Below, piece after piece: positions 10,301 to 19,189 of a stretch of 64,000 bases of DNA. The DNA is from Bacteroidota bacterium (lineage in GTDB: Bacteria; Bacteroidota; Bacteroidia; UBA4408): the NCBI GenBank assembly GCA_040385525.1, contig JAZKHE010000005.1, positions 10,819 through 74,818 on the forward strand, written 5' to 3'. Every line of letters starts with the position of its first letter. The stretch's first letter is position 1. The notes beneath the pieces were generated by a model. It was not told the DNA's origin. It searched no databases and was given only the letters and a program-made list of their open reading frames with translations. Position numbers and translations under genes: made by a program.

Positions 10301-11060
10301 TGGAACCGTAAAAGAGCAAAAACTAGATGATGGAATTACACGCTTTACAGTACAATCGCACGCAACAATAAACAGTGCAGACTCTGTGCGTCAGTTGTTA
10401 ATTAAAGAAGGCGTAAAAGATGCTTTTGTTACAGCAATTTACAAAGGCAAGCGTTATTTGTTGCGCGATTTAATTGCAATGGGAATTTTTAACTCTACTG
10501 AAGAAGCTTATTTTAGTGCAGTACAAAAAGGAGAAAATAACGTAGCCGAAATTCCTAAAGAAGAAAAAACGGATATAGTAAAACCTATAGAAAACAAAAC
10601 AATTGTCGAAACAAAAACAGAAAACCCTACAACTAACGTTTCGGTTACTGCTGTAGTAGAAGATAAAGTTACAGAAAACAAAACAAAAACTTCAACAGCA
10701 AGTAAAACCAAAGAAGCTGATAAATTAAAATTACCAGCTGATATTGAAAAATTAGTTGATGAGTATGGTGATATTATTACTGATAAAGTAGAATACAGAG
10801 TACAAGTAGGAGCCTTTAAATTAATTACAAGTAGTTATCAATACAAGCGCTTAGAGGAAGTTGGCAGAATCGATAAAAAAGAATACCAAGATGGAATTGT
10901 GCGCTACACAATTGGTCATTGCGAAACTCTGCGAGAAGCCAATAAAATTCGTCGCCAAGTAGTTAAAGTAGGTGTGCAAGATGCCTTTGTGGTTGTGGTG
11001 CAAAAAGGTAACCGCTACACCGTTTACGAAGCCATTCGTAAAGGAATTGTGAAAAAATAG
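7389..11060 (+). CDS. PorE-like periplasmic protein (TPR, PD40 beta-propeller, carboxypeptidase-regulatory-like domains) with repeat insert and two SPOR-like domains
   Basis: N-terminal TPR (ANYHFENFHYAQAIPLY; LADCYRIL). PD40 motifs (HPAISSDG, FSSDMPGGFGGKDLY, GFGGLDIY, SSNRPGGVGGDDIY). C-terminus has TTQVAAY...KDAFVTA and YRVQVGAF...QDAFVVV rather than an OmpA domain. Confidence 0.75.
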   Translation: MKFRFFAAVVFIFLFTGKSLFAQLEKANYHFENFHYAQAIPLYIKAAKKEKTKIVATQKLADCYRILHDYRNAEMQYAQVIKNGGNLPIHHLYYGQMLFNNGHVNSAKEQFDLFSNASGEDKRAQNLMSSIIITRLWSVKQRECDILNVRDLNTLGAEFCAIPYNKNIVFVSDRGTDLVNYSKSSIDDRPYLSMFLAERGKGKDSAKFKKIENFSGKINNEYHNGPATFVESGKQIFFTRVDRKVYAKNSGLINRPRVYYSTKIKDSWDQIRPLAFNNDNYSVAHPAISSDGMTLIFSSDMPGGFGGKDLYICKLEGANWSKPVNLGAKINSVQDEVFPYLHKNGTLYFSSDGHVGFGGLDIYSARYIDNEWREVKNLQEPINSTYDDFGISFLFKHASGYFSSNRPGGVGGDDIYSFDLIKKLPRITAISGKIFRNELDVAQNLEIKLTDETGLVLETTKTDSLGVFRFEKLNPEEDYIVMLDADEVGINTKEVTQFHGRLFYNDDMPANKAKLVIKNKEGVWVKEMETDQAGYFRFDYLEYEKNNLDTITDPDVAFVKKELFKYQQLTTDNIIPDNLNEEETIAKLKKLFKYDELLATTTALNTEENADTEFYVKGNFVYNKLRTDSFALNTLSEDATKFYLKNKFVYNKLTGDSFALKTEEEIADRFYVKDGYRYDKLNGDSIGLSMLYTDNDKFYVKENFRYNKLTGDSISLDLLTEEDVDFDVNSYTLKMRLFTGADFKNIAPGVKVTIKDGNGVVYKETLTDSNGELKVNFLPINRTYVIKVDQDNDVIQQNDNYSTFGRVMNSNSTKFPIKGKEISFANMANILFANSITDDEGFFKLNGKTEKRNALNLIAHQQDSINGLALSDEALRRKQEQIKLNKINNTSDNLSAEQLAEEALRRKKEEERMKLVKLNNTSDKLNALEITDDDILKIYGNKTVRDLTFTTQVAAYKMSKNFAFQKIQQKFGTVKEQKLDDGITRFTVQSHATINSADSVRQLLIKEGVKDAFVTAIYKGKRYLLRDLIAMGIFNSTEEAYFSAVQKGENNVAEIPKEEKTDIVKPIENKTIVETKTENPTTNVSVTAVVEDKVTENKTKTSTASKTKEADKLKLPADIEKLVDEYGDIITDKVEYRVQVGAFKLITSSYQYKRLEEVGRIDKKEYQDGIVRYTIGHCETLREANKIRRQVVKVGVQDAFVVVVQKGNRYTVYEAIRKGIVKK
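8994..9581 (+). repeat. Seven tandem 28-aa (84-bp) intragenic repeats
   Basis: Consensus approximately FxYNKLxxDSxxLxxLxEDxxxFYVKxx, e.g. FVYNKLRTDSFALNTLSEDATKFYLKNK then FVYNKLTGDSFALKTEEEIADRFYVKDG. Confidence 0.8.
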
Positions 11061-11068
11061 TTTATTTT

Positions 11069-11094
11069 AAAAGGAAGCTTAGCTTCCTTTTTTT
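11069..11094 (+). terminator. Intrinsic terminator closing the fibre-T9SS operon
   Basis: AAGGAAGC-tta-GCTTCCTT stem followed by a T run. Confidence 0.8.
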
Positions 11095-11226
11095 ATGTTT
11101 ACTCTATACTGCAAATAGCCTATGTTTCTATGTGGTGAAAAAAATCAATTGTGGTTTTCAAAAATTTTCTTACATTTCAGTATGGAATTTTGATGCTTTT
11201 TGCATCTACCAATAAAACATACCGTA

Positions 11227-14200
11227 ATGAAAAAATTCATTTTATTTTTAGCATGCACTTTAGTTGCTGCTGTTAGCTACAATTTATATAGCAACACAAA
11301 CGAAACAGAACCATATCTGTTTCCTAAAAACAGCACTTATGAGCAAGAGTTTGCTAAATCCGATTCACTTTTAAATATAGGACAAAACCGCAGCGCGCTT
11401 GCCATTGTAAAAGCAATTAAAGAAAAAGCAGTTACAGAAAAAAATAGCGCACAATTTGTAAAATCGGTTTTATATACGCTTAACGCAGAATCGAAATTTG
11501 AAGAAGACAGCTACATCAAAGCCATTACCGATTTAGAAACCGATTGTATAAACGCCCCGTTTCCTGCCAATGCTATTTTGCATAGCATAACTTCCGAAGT
11601 GTATTGGAGATATTATCAAAACAACCGCTGGAAATTTTCGAGCAGAACTAAAACTACTAATTTTGAAAACACAGATATAAGAACTTGGGATTTAGATAAA
11701 ATTGCCGCGCAAAGCACCGAACATCATTTAAAATCTATTTATGTTTCTAAAGACGAATTAAAAAAAATAAACATAGATGATTATCAATTATTGCTTTCTA
11801 ATTTTTACGATTCAAAATCGTTTCGCCCAACATTATACGACTTTATAGCCAACAGAGCGGTTGATTTTTTTGTTAGTACAGAAACCGAATTAACAAAACC
11901 AGCTTATAAATTCGAAATCAACAACGCCGATTATTTTTTGCCTTTCACTGAATTTACAAAACTGAACTTGCAAGCGAAAGATTCATTAGCAATGAAATTT
12001 TTTGCGCTTAAAACCTATCAAGAGTTAATTGCGTTTCACCAAGCAGATGCCGACCCAAAAGCACTGATAGATATTGATTTAAAACGCTTAAATTTTATTT
12101 ATCGCAATTCTGTTTTACCACAAAAAGATAGTTTGTATTTACTTTCTTTACAAAAAATAGAAAATCAGTTTGATAACTCTCCGTATGGTGCAGAAGCTAC
12201 TTTCCAAATTGCAGAATTGTTTTACGAACAAGGTTCAAAATATGTGGCGCAAGAAGGCGATGAAATTATCGTTGATGAAAATCATCCAAAATGGAAAATT
12301 AAAAAAGCCTTAGCTATTTGCGATGATGTAATGAATAAGTTTCCTAAAAGTGATGCCTATGCCATGTGCAATGCTTTAAAATTAAAGGTTTTAAACAAAT
12401 CGGTTTCTATCACTACAGAACAAACCAATGTGGCTAATCAAGATTTTTTAGCGCAGGTTTCTTATAAAAATGTAAGTAAAATATATTTTAGAATTGCTAA
12501 AATTAATTACACAAGAGACAATAAACTAAACAATAAATATTATGGTGAAGAGTTGGTAAAACAATACGCAAAACTTACTCCCGAAAAAGCATGGTCGGTG
12601 GATTTGCCAGCGACAAACGATTTTCAGAATCATAAAATAGAATTGGCAATGCCAGCTTTAAATTATTCGTATTATGTTTTGTTGGCGTCTAATAGTCCCG
12701 ACTTTACTGTTACAGCAGGTAATGCAGTTGGTCACACCACTTTTTGGGTAAGCAATATTTCTTATTTTGAAAGAAGATTAGAAGATGGTTCGGCACAAAT
12801 AAGAATTATGGACAGAACTTCTGGCGCAAATTTAAAAGGCGTTAAATTGCAATTGTGGGAAAATAAATACAACTACACTACTCGTAAATACGAAGATAAT
12901 TCTGCAGGAGTTTTAATTTCTAACGAAGAAGGAATTTGCGAAATAAAAGCAAATCCAAATTATAGAAATTTTAATTTAGAATTTACAAATGGAAATGATA
13001 GATTGTATTCGTCACAAACTTTGTATTTAAACGAGCGAAATCAAAACGAAAAATATTATTCTTACAGAACAACTTTTTTTACGGATAGAGCCATTTACCG
13101 ACCAGGGCAAACCATTTATTTTAAGGGTTTGCTACTTAAAACAAATGGCGAACAAAACGAACTGGTTACCAATACTTCAACTACTGTAACTTTTTATGAT
13201 GTAAACCATCAAAAGGTTTCTTCGCTCGATTTAACAAGTAACGAATACGGAACAATACAAGGAAGTTTCGTTGCTCCAAACGGAGTTTTAAATGGACAAA
13301 TGTATATTACAAATGGTAACGGAACGCAATATTTCTCTGTTGAAGAATATAAGCGTCCAAAATTTGAAGTGGAGTTTTTGCCTTTAACTGGTTCACCAAA
13401 ATTAAACGATTCAATTGCAGTTAAAGGCTTTGCTAAAACCTATGCGGGTGCTGTTGTTGACGGCGCAAAAGTAAAATACAGAGTAGTGCGTAATGCAATT
13501 TTTCCGTATTGGAAATACTACTGGAGAAGCGCACAACCATCATCTCCCGAAATGGAAATTACTAACGGATTTTCAGTTACCAACGAAAAAGGAGAATACA
13601 CTATAACGTTTAAGGCATTACCTGATAATGGAATTAGTGCGACATCAAAACCAACGTATAGTTATACAGTTTATACTGATATTACTGATTGCAATGGAGA
13701 AACACGTAGCGCAACAAAAACAATACGTGTAGGTTATCAAGCTTTGAGTTTATATGTAAATATTGAAAGCGAAATAATAAAACAAAACGAACAAAAATAT
13801 TCAATAACAACCGCTAATTTAAACGGCGATTTTGAACCAGCAAGTGGAACAATTGAATTGTTTTTATTAAAAGAAACAGAAACCGTAAAGCGCAATAAAC
13901 GTTGGGAAAGTTCTGATCAATTTTCTATGACGAATGACGAGTATACAACTAAATTTCCATTTGATATTCGCTCTACAAAAAATGAAAACGCAATAGTAAA
14001 AGATAAAAAAATTGCATCGTATTCATTCAACACAGCTAAAGAGAAGGAAATTTTAATTTCTGAACTTTCAAAAGCTACAGCAGGAAAATATGTGTTAGAA
14101 ATAAAAGCAAAAGATAAATACAATAGTTTAGTTGAAAACGAATTCTATTTTACACTTTTTGATAAAGCAAACAATAAAATTGCCGCTCAATTACCTTTTT

Positions 14201-17200
14201 ATTTTAATATCGTAAATCGTTATGCAGAGCCTGGCGAAATAGTAGACATTATTGTTGGTTCGGCTTACGAAAATGTAAACGCTTTATTTGAAATTGAACA
14301 CAAAGGAAAAATTATTAAAAAAGAATTTATTGCATTAAATAAATCGCAAAAATTAATTCAAATTCCTATTGAAGAACAATTTAGAGGAAATGTTTCAGTG
14401 CATTTTAGTTTTGTAAAACACAATCGCGCTTATGCGCAAAGCGAAGCTATTGTTGTGCCGTACACCAACAAAATGTTAGACATAGAGTTCGAAACCTTTC
14501 GTGATAAATTATTACCCGGACAAACCGAAGAGTGGAAAATAAAAATTAAAGATAAAAAAGGACAAAAAGTGGCAGCCGAATTATTGGCTTCTATGTACGA
14601 TGCTTCGCTAGATGCGTTTAAAGCAAACAATTGGTATTTTAATATTTACAACAGTTATTATTCGCAAGCCAATTGGAATACATCGGCTCATTTTGCAACA
14701 ACAACTGCTACGTTTTGGGGACAAAGTTGGAATCAAAATTATTATTACAATGCGCGTACTTTTTATTATTTAAACTGGTTTGGTTATAATCATTATGGAT
14801 ATTTTAATAATTATTATAAAAGCGAAAGTAAAGTGAGGTCTGCTAATGCTCCTTCTCCATCAGCAAAAACTGGGGCTAAAAAAGCAACAAAAAATGGTGG
14901 AGGAGAATCAGAAGAAGGTGCAAGCGGAATGGCTATGGCAGAAGATATTGCAGAAGCAATGCCAATGGAACAAAGCATTGTGCGCGAAAAAAATGAGGAA
15001 GGAAAAAACGAACCATCTAAACCAAACAAACCCAATGCAGAAGAAGTAAAAGTTAGAACCAATTTAAACGAAACGGCTTTCTTTTATCCGCAATTGCAAA
15101 CCGATGAAAATGGTGCAATCATTTTAAAATTTACTATGCCAGAAGCTTTAACAAAATGGAAGTTAATGACTTTTGCACACACCAAAGATTTAAAATATGG
15201 TTCGGATAATCGTTATGTGGTAACACAAAAAAAATTAATGATTTCGCCTAACGCTCCGCGTTTTTTCCGCGAAGGAGATAAATTTACATTTACCGCGAAG
15301 GTTGATAATTTAAGTGATGCAGATGTAAACGGAACAGCGCAATTATTTTTATTTGATGCCCTTACACAAAAGCCAATAGATGTTTTATTTAAAAACGATA
15401 AAGCACAAATTGCATTTACAGCTAAAAAAGGACAAAGCGCTGGCTTAACTTGGAACATTGAAGTGCCCGAAAACATTCAGGCTGTAACGTATCGTGTAAT
15501 TGCAAAATCTGCTGAGCATAGCGATGGAGAAGAATCTGTTTTGCCAGTACTAACTAATCGCATGTTGGTTACCGAAACTATGCCGATGCCTATTCGCAGC
15601 AATCAAACAAAAACATTTAGTTTTGAAAAATTAGTAAATCAAAGTTATGGTTCAAGCACCCTGCGTAATCATAAACTTACATTAGAATTTACTTCAAATC
15701 CTGCGTGGTACGCTATACAAGCCTTACCTTATCTAATGGAGTATCCTTACGAATGTGCTGAGCAAACCTATAGCAGATATTATGCAAATAGCATTGCTTC
15801 AAATATTGCGAATTCAAATCCAAAAATAAAAGACGTTTTCGATTCGTGGAAAGGAAGTAAAGATGTCTTGCTATCTAACTTAGAAAAAAACCAAGAGCTA
15901 AAAAGTGTGTTGCTCGAAGAAACACCTTGGGTGCTTGATTCGCAAAACGAAAGCGAAAGAAAAAAACGTGTTGGTTTATTATTCGATTTAAATAAAATGA
16001 GTAATGAGTTAACGCGAGCTTTAACTAAATTGCAAAAAATGCAAGCGAGCAATGGCGGTTGGCCCTGGTTTGAAGGCATGCCCGATAACAGATACATTAC
16101 GCAACACATTGTAAGTGGTTTTGGAAAACTAAATAAGTTAGGTGTAAAATCGGTTAGAGAAGACGCCAAAACTTGGGATATGCTGAAAGATGGTGTTCGT
16201 TATTTAGACGATAGAATGCGCGAAGATTACGAATGGATTTTGAAACATGATAAACAAAATATAGAAAAAAATCACATTTCGTATTTTCAAATTCAGTATT
16301 TGTATGCACGAAGTTTTTATATGGATGTGCCTGTACAAAAGCGAAACAAGGAATCCTTTGATTATTATTTTGGACAAGCAAAAAAATATTGGACAAGTCA
16401 AGGAAGATACATGCAAGGAATGTTGGCTATAACGCTTCATCGCTATGAGGAAAAACCAACTGCATTATTAATTATGAAAGCTTTGAAAGAAAATTCTGTT
16501 TCGAGCGATGAAATGGGTATGTATTGGAAAGAAAACTACGATGGTTTTTATTGGTATCAAGCTCCGATAGAATGTCAAGCATTAATGATTGAAGCGTTTG
16601 ATGAAGTTACTAACGATAAAAAAGCGGTAGATGATTTACGAGTTTGGTTATTAAAAAGCAAACAAACACAAAATTGGAAAACTACCAAAGCAACAGCCGA
16701 AGCTTGTTATGCGCTTTTATTAAATGGAACCGATTGGTTAGCGACAGATGTAAATTGTACTATTAAAGTTGGTAATGAAATAGTAAATCCTAACGATGCA
16801 AACGAAGTAAAACCAGAAGCAGGAACTGGCTATTTTAAAACATCGTGGTTGGCTAATCAAATAAAACCAGAAATGGGAAATGTTACCATAACTAAAAATG
16901 GAGAAGGCGTGAGTTGGGGAGCAATGTATTGGCAATATTTTGAACAGTTAGATAAAATTACAACCGCAAAAACTCCGTTGCAATTAACCAAAAAATTATT
17001 TGTAGAACGCAATACAGATAAAGGTCCTGTTATTGAACCTATTGATAAAACGACAATTGTAGTTGGCGATAAAATTAAAGTGCGCATTGAGTTGCGTGTA
17101 GATAGAGATATGGAGTATGTGCACATGAAAGATATGCGTGCAGCAGGTTTTGAACCCGTAAATGTTTTATCGGGTTACAAATACCAAGGAGGTTTAGCCT

Positions 17201-17391
17201 ATTACGAAAGCACAAGAGATGCTGCCACTAACTTTTTTATTCCGTATTTAAGAAAGGGAACGTATGTTTTTGAATACCTCTTGTTTGTTTCCCACAAAGG
17301 AGATTTTTCAAACGGAATAACAAGTATTCAGTGCATGTATGCTCCAGAATTTGCAAGCCATAGCGAAGGTGTAAGAGTTAGGGTGAAATAA
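11227..17391 (+). CDS. Bacterial alpha-2-macroglobulin family protein
   Basis: FFTDRAIYRPGQT (MG2), VEEYKRPKFEV, VRTNLNETAFFYPQL, thioester motif PYECAEQ (CxEQ, 15754-15765), and C-terminal YYESTRDAATNFF...LRKGTYVFEY. ATG at 11227 preferred. Confidence 0.95.
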   Translation: MKKFILFLACTLVAAVSYNLYSNTNETEPYLFPKNSTYEQEFAKSDSLLNIGQNRSALAIVKAIKEKAVTEKNSAQFVKSVLYTLNAESKFEEDSYIKAITDLETDCINAPFPANAILHSITSEVYWRYYQNNRWKFSSRTKTTNFENTDIRTWDLDKIAAQSTEHHLKSIYVSKDELKKINIDDYQLLLSNFYDSKSFRPTLYDFIANRAVDFFVSTETELTKPAYKFEINNADYFLPFTEFTKLNLQAKDSLAMKFFALKTYQELIAFHQADADPKALIDIDLKRLNFIYRNSVLPQKDSLYLLSLQKIENQFDNSPYGAEATFQIAELFYEQGSKYVAQEGDEIIVDENHPKWKIKKALAICDDVMNKFPKSDAYAMCNALKLKVLNKSVSITTEQTNVANQDFLAQVSYKNVSKIYFRIAKINYTRDNKLNNKYYGEELVKQYAKLTPEKAWSVDLPATNDFQNHKIELAMPALNYSYYVLLASNSPDFTVTAGNAVGHTTFWVSNISYFERRLEDGSAQIRIMDRTSGANLKGVKLQLWENKYNYTTRKYEDNSAGVLISNEEGICEIKANPNYRNFNLEFTNGNDRLYSSQTLYLNERNQNEKYYSYRTTFFTDRAIYRPGQTIYFKGLLLKTNGEQNELVTNTSTTVTFYDVNHQKVSSLDLTSNEYGTIQGSFVAPNGVLNGQMYITNGNGTQYFSVEEYKRPKFEVEFLPLTGSPKLNDSIAVKGFAKTYAGAVVDGAKVKYRVVRNAIFPYWKYYWRSAQPSSPEMEITNGFSVTNEKGEYTITFKALPDNGISATSKPTYSYTVYTDITDCNGETRSATKTIRVGYQALSLYVNIESEIIKQNEQKYSITTANLNGDFEPASGTIELFLLKETETVKRNKRWESSDQFSMTNDEYTTKFPFDIRSTKNENAIVKDKKIASYSFNTAKEKEILISELSKATAGKYVLEIKAKDKYNSLVENEFYFTLFDKANNKIAAQLPFYFNIVNRYAEPGEIVDIIVGSAYENVNALFEIEHKGKIIKKEFIALNKSQKLIQIPIEEQFRGNVSVHFSFVKHNRAYAQSEAIVVPYTNKMLDIEFETFRDKLLPGQTEEWKIKIKDKKGQKVAAELLASMYDASLDAFKANNWYFNIYNSYYSQANWNTSAHFATTTATFWGQSWNQNYYYNARTFYYLNWFGYNHYGYFNNYYKSESKVRSANAPSPSAKTGAKKATKNGGGESEEGASGMAMAEDIAEAMPMEQSIVREKNEEGKNEPSKPNKPNAEEVKVRTNLNETAFFYPQLQTDENGAIILKFTMPEALTKWKLMTFAHTKDLKYGSDNRYVVTQKKLMISPNAPRFFREGDKFTFTAKVDNLSDADVNGTAQLFLFDALTQKPIDVLFKNDKAQIAFTAKKGQSAGLTWNIEVPENIQAVTYRVIAKSAEHSDGEESVLPVLTNRMLVTETMPMPIRSNQTKTFSFEKLVNQSYGSSTLRNHKLTLEFTSNPAWYAIQALPYLMEYPYECAEQTYSRYYANSIASNIANSNPKIKDVFDSWKGSKDVLLSNLEKNQELKSVLLEETPWVLDSQNESERKKRVGLLFDLNKMSNELTRALTKLQKMQASNGGWPWFEGMPDNRYITQHIVSGFGKLNKLGVKSVREDAKTWDMLKDGVRYLDDRMREDYEWILKHDKQNIEKNHISYFQIQYLYARSFYMDVPVQKRNKESFDYYFGQAKKYWTSQGRYMQGMLAITLHRYEEKPTALLIMKALKENSVSSDEMGMYWKENYDGFYWYQAPIECQALMIEAFDEVTNDKKAVDDLRVWLLKSKQTQNWKTTKATAEACYALLLNGTDWLATDVNCTIKVGNEIVNPNDANEVKPEAGTGYFKTSWLANQIKPEMGNVTITKNGEGVSWGAMYWQYFEQLDKITTAKTPLQLTKKLFVERNTDKGPVIEPIDKTTIVVGDKIKVRIELRVDRDMEYVHMKDMRAAGFEPVNVLSGYKYQGGLAYYESTRDAATNFFIPYLRKGTYVFEYLLFVSHKGDFSNGITSIQCMYAPEFASHSEGVRVRVK

Positions 17392-17397
17392 TTGATT

Positions 17398-17814
17398 ATG
17401 AAAAAATATTCTTTGTTATTTATTTTAAGTGTTTGTTTTTGTAAAACATATTCACAAAACGTAATTAGTGTTGATACTGTTTCTGCTTTTAGCGATAAAC
17501 AAATTACGAACAAGGTTTTGTTTCACGATTCGTTGGCGAGTAGCTTTTGTATTATTATTAAAGATCAGGTTGCTTTACACAAACACCTGCAGCATGCTGA
17601 GCAGGTGTTTGTTGTTCAGGGCGAAGCAACAATGCTTTTGGGTGATAAGGAATTACAAATAAAACCCAACGATTTAATTTATATTCCTAAAAATACTTGG
17701 CATTCTGTAAAAGTAACTTCAAAAATTCCACTCAAAGTAATTTCTTTTCAAGCACCTTATTTTGATGGGAAAGATAGAGTTTTACCAACATCAAAAAATC
17801 AAGGAAGTTATTAG
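17398..17814 (+). CDS. Secreted cupin-domain protein
   Basis: Signal peptide and cupin motifs HKHLQHAEQVFVVQGEA and LIYIPKNTWHSV. Confidence 0.85.
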   Translation: MKKYSLLFILSVCFCKTYSQNVISVDTVSAFSDKQITNKVLFHDSLASSFCIIIKDQVALHKHLQHAEQVFVVQGEATMLLGDKELQIKPNDLIYIPKNTWHSVKVTSKIPLKVISFQAPYFDGKDRVLPTSKNQGSY

Positions 17815-18263
17815 GTTTTCGATTGAATATCATCAATCGCTTCTTCTATTGTGCCAATGTATTTTATGTTAATGCCATTTAAAATATCAGGACTATATTT
17901 TTTTAATATTTCGTATTTGCCAGCTTCTACGGCTTTTTCAAACCAATCTAAAAGAGGTAAAATTTTGTAATGATTTGTTAGTCCCTTTTTTTTAACCGTT
18001 TGTTTCCAAATGGCAAAGTACCATTCCATGCTTGGCTGATGGAAAGTTCTTAGTTTTTGCTTGTCGAATAAAAAGTATTTTATTTTGTGTTTTTCAATAT
18101 ATTCAGTAGCGGTTAAAAACACTTCTTTAAAATTATCAATAGGAATATATTCTTCGTTTGCTATACAAATTGCGAATTGTAAATCGTCGTTAACATATAA
18201 TGATACAAATTGATTGTTGTATTTGTGTTCAAACTCAAAGCCTTTAATAGTGATGTTTTTCAT
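17811..18263 (-). CDS. Hypothetical protein, possibly STAS/SEC14 (SpoIIAA-like) fold
   Basis: About 150 aa with an alpha/beta pattern (YFLFDKQKLRTF...MEWYFAIW). Starts 4 nt after the stop of a SpoIIE phosphatase gene. Fold call is tentative. Confidence 0.5.
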   Translation of the reverse strand: MKNITIKGFEFEHKYNNQFVSLYVNDDLQFAICIANEEYIPIDNFKEVFLTATEYIEKHKIKYFLFDKQKLRTFHQPSMEWYFAIWKQTVKKKGLTNHYKILPLLDWFEKAVEAGKYEILKKYSPDILNGINIKYIGTIEEAIDDIQSKT

Positions 18264-18267
18264 AATT

Positions 18268-19137
18268 TTATAATTCAATTATCATATATGATAAATCATC
18301 AGTTTGATGATTGTTTTTTTTCCAAGCTAAATGTTCTTTTTCTACAATTTCGTTTATTTCACTTACGCTTTTTTTTGAGCATTGTTTCAAAATACTTATT
18401 AATCTTGCTTTAGAGAATTTCTTGTTTTTTTCGCCTCCAAATTGATCGGTTAATCCATCCGAATATAAAAATAGTTTATCTCCAGTTTTAAAATCAATAG
18501 TGTAGTTGTCAAATTCTGACGATGTGTTTTCGCCAATAGACTTTTTAGTTACTTTTAATTCAGTAATATTATTTTCGGTGTCAATGTGCAACACTTTCCC
18601 TTTTGCAGAACTATAGGTTAATTGTTTTGTTTTTGCAGAGTAATAAAAAATGGTTCCTTCCATGTGCGCTATGGAATTATCATTGTTTCTAAAAGTTGTG
18701 TTTAATTGGTAATTAAGAAGTTTTAATAACACACTCGGACTATTAATTTCCATTGTAGAAGTGAGTTCGTTTATTGATAATGAACCCGCTATACTTAGCA
18801 TTGCAGCAGGCACGCCATGTCCTGTTGAGTCCAACAAACCAAATACAATTCCTTGACTTATGTTTTTTGCAAAAATGGTATCTCCACCAATTCCTATTTG
18901 TTGAATAATTTTGTATGTAGCATCTTTTAAAAATATTTTTAATAAATCTACATTTGGTAATAATGAATTTTGAATAAGTTCAGCAAATTTTATACTCGAA
19001 AAAATATCGTTGTTAGCTGTTGTAAGCTCCGTGTTTTTTTCTTCGAGCAAACGTTTAGTGTCAAGCAAATACCTTGTGGTACTTACAAGCATAGCTTCTT
19101 TGGCCTCTAATTGTTCTTTATAAAATTCTACGTTCAA
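18268..19137 (-). CDS. Cytoplasmic SpoIIE/PP2C family phosphatase with N-terminal coiled coil
   Basis: GGDT, DSTGHGVPAAM, LYSDGLTDQFGG and QTDDLS motifs. Confidence 0.9.
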   Translation of the reverse strand: MNVEFYKEQLEAKEAMLVSTTRYLLDTKRLLEEKNTELTTANNDIFSSIKFAELIQNSLLPNVDLLKIFLKDATYKIIQQIGIGGDTIFAKNISQGIVFGLLDSTGHGVPAAMLSIAGSLSINELTSTMEINSPSVLLKLLNYQLNTTFRNNDNSIAHMEGTIFYYSAKTKQLTYSSAKGKVLHIDTENNITELKVTKKSIGENTSSEFDNYTIDFKTGDKLFLYSDGLTDQFGGEKNKKFSKARLISILKQCSKKSVSEINEIVEKEHLAWKKNNHQTDDLSYMIIEL

Positions 19138-19189
19138 AATAAATTGTATATTTAGCTAAACATAAAATTGATGTTTTTGTTTACTTGCT

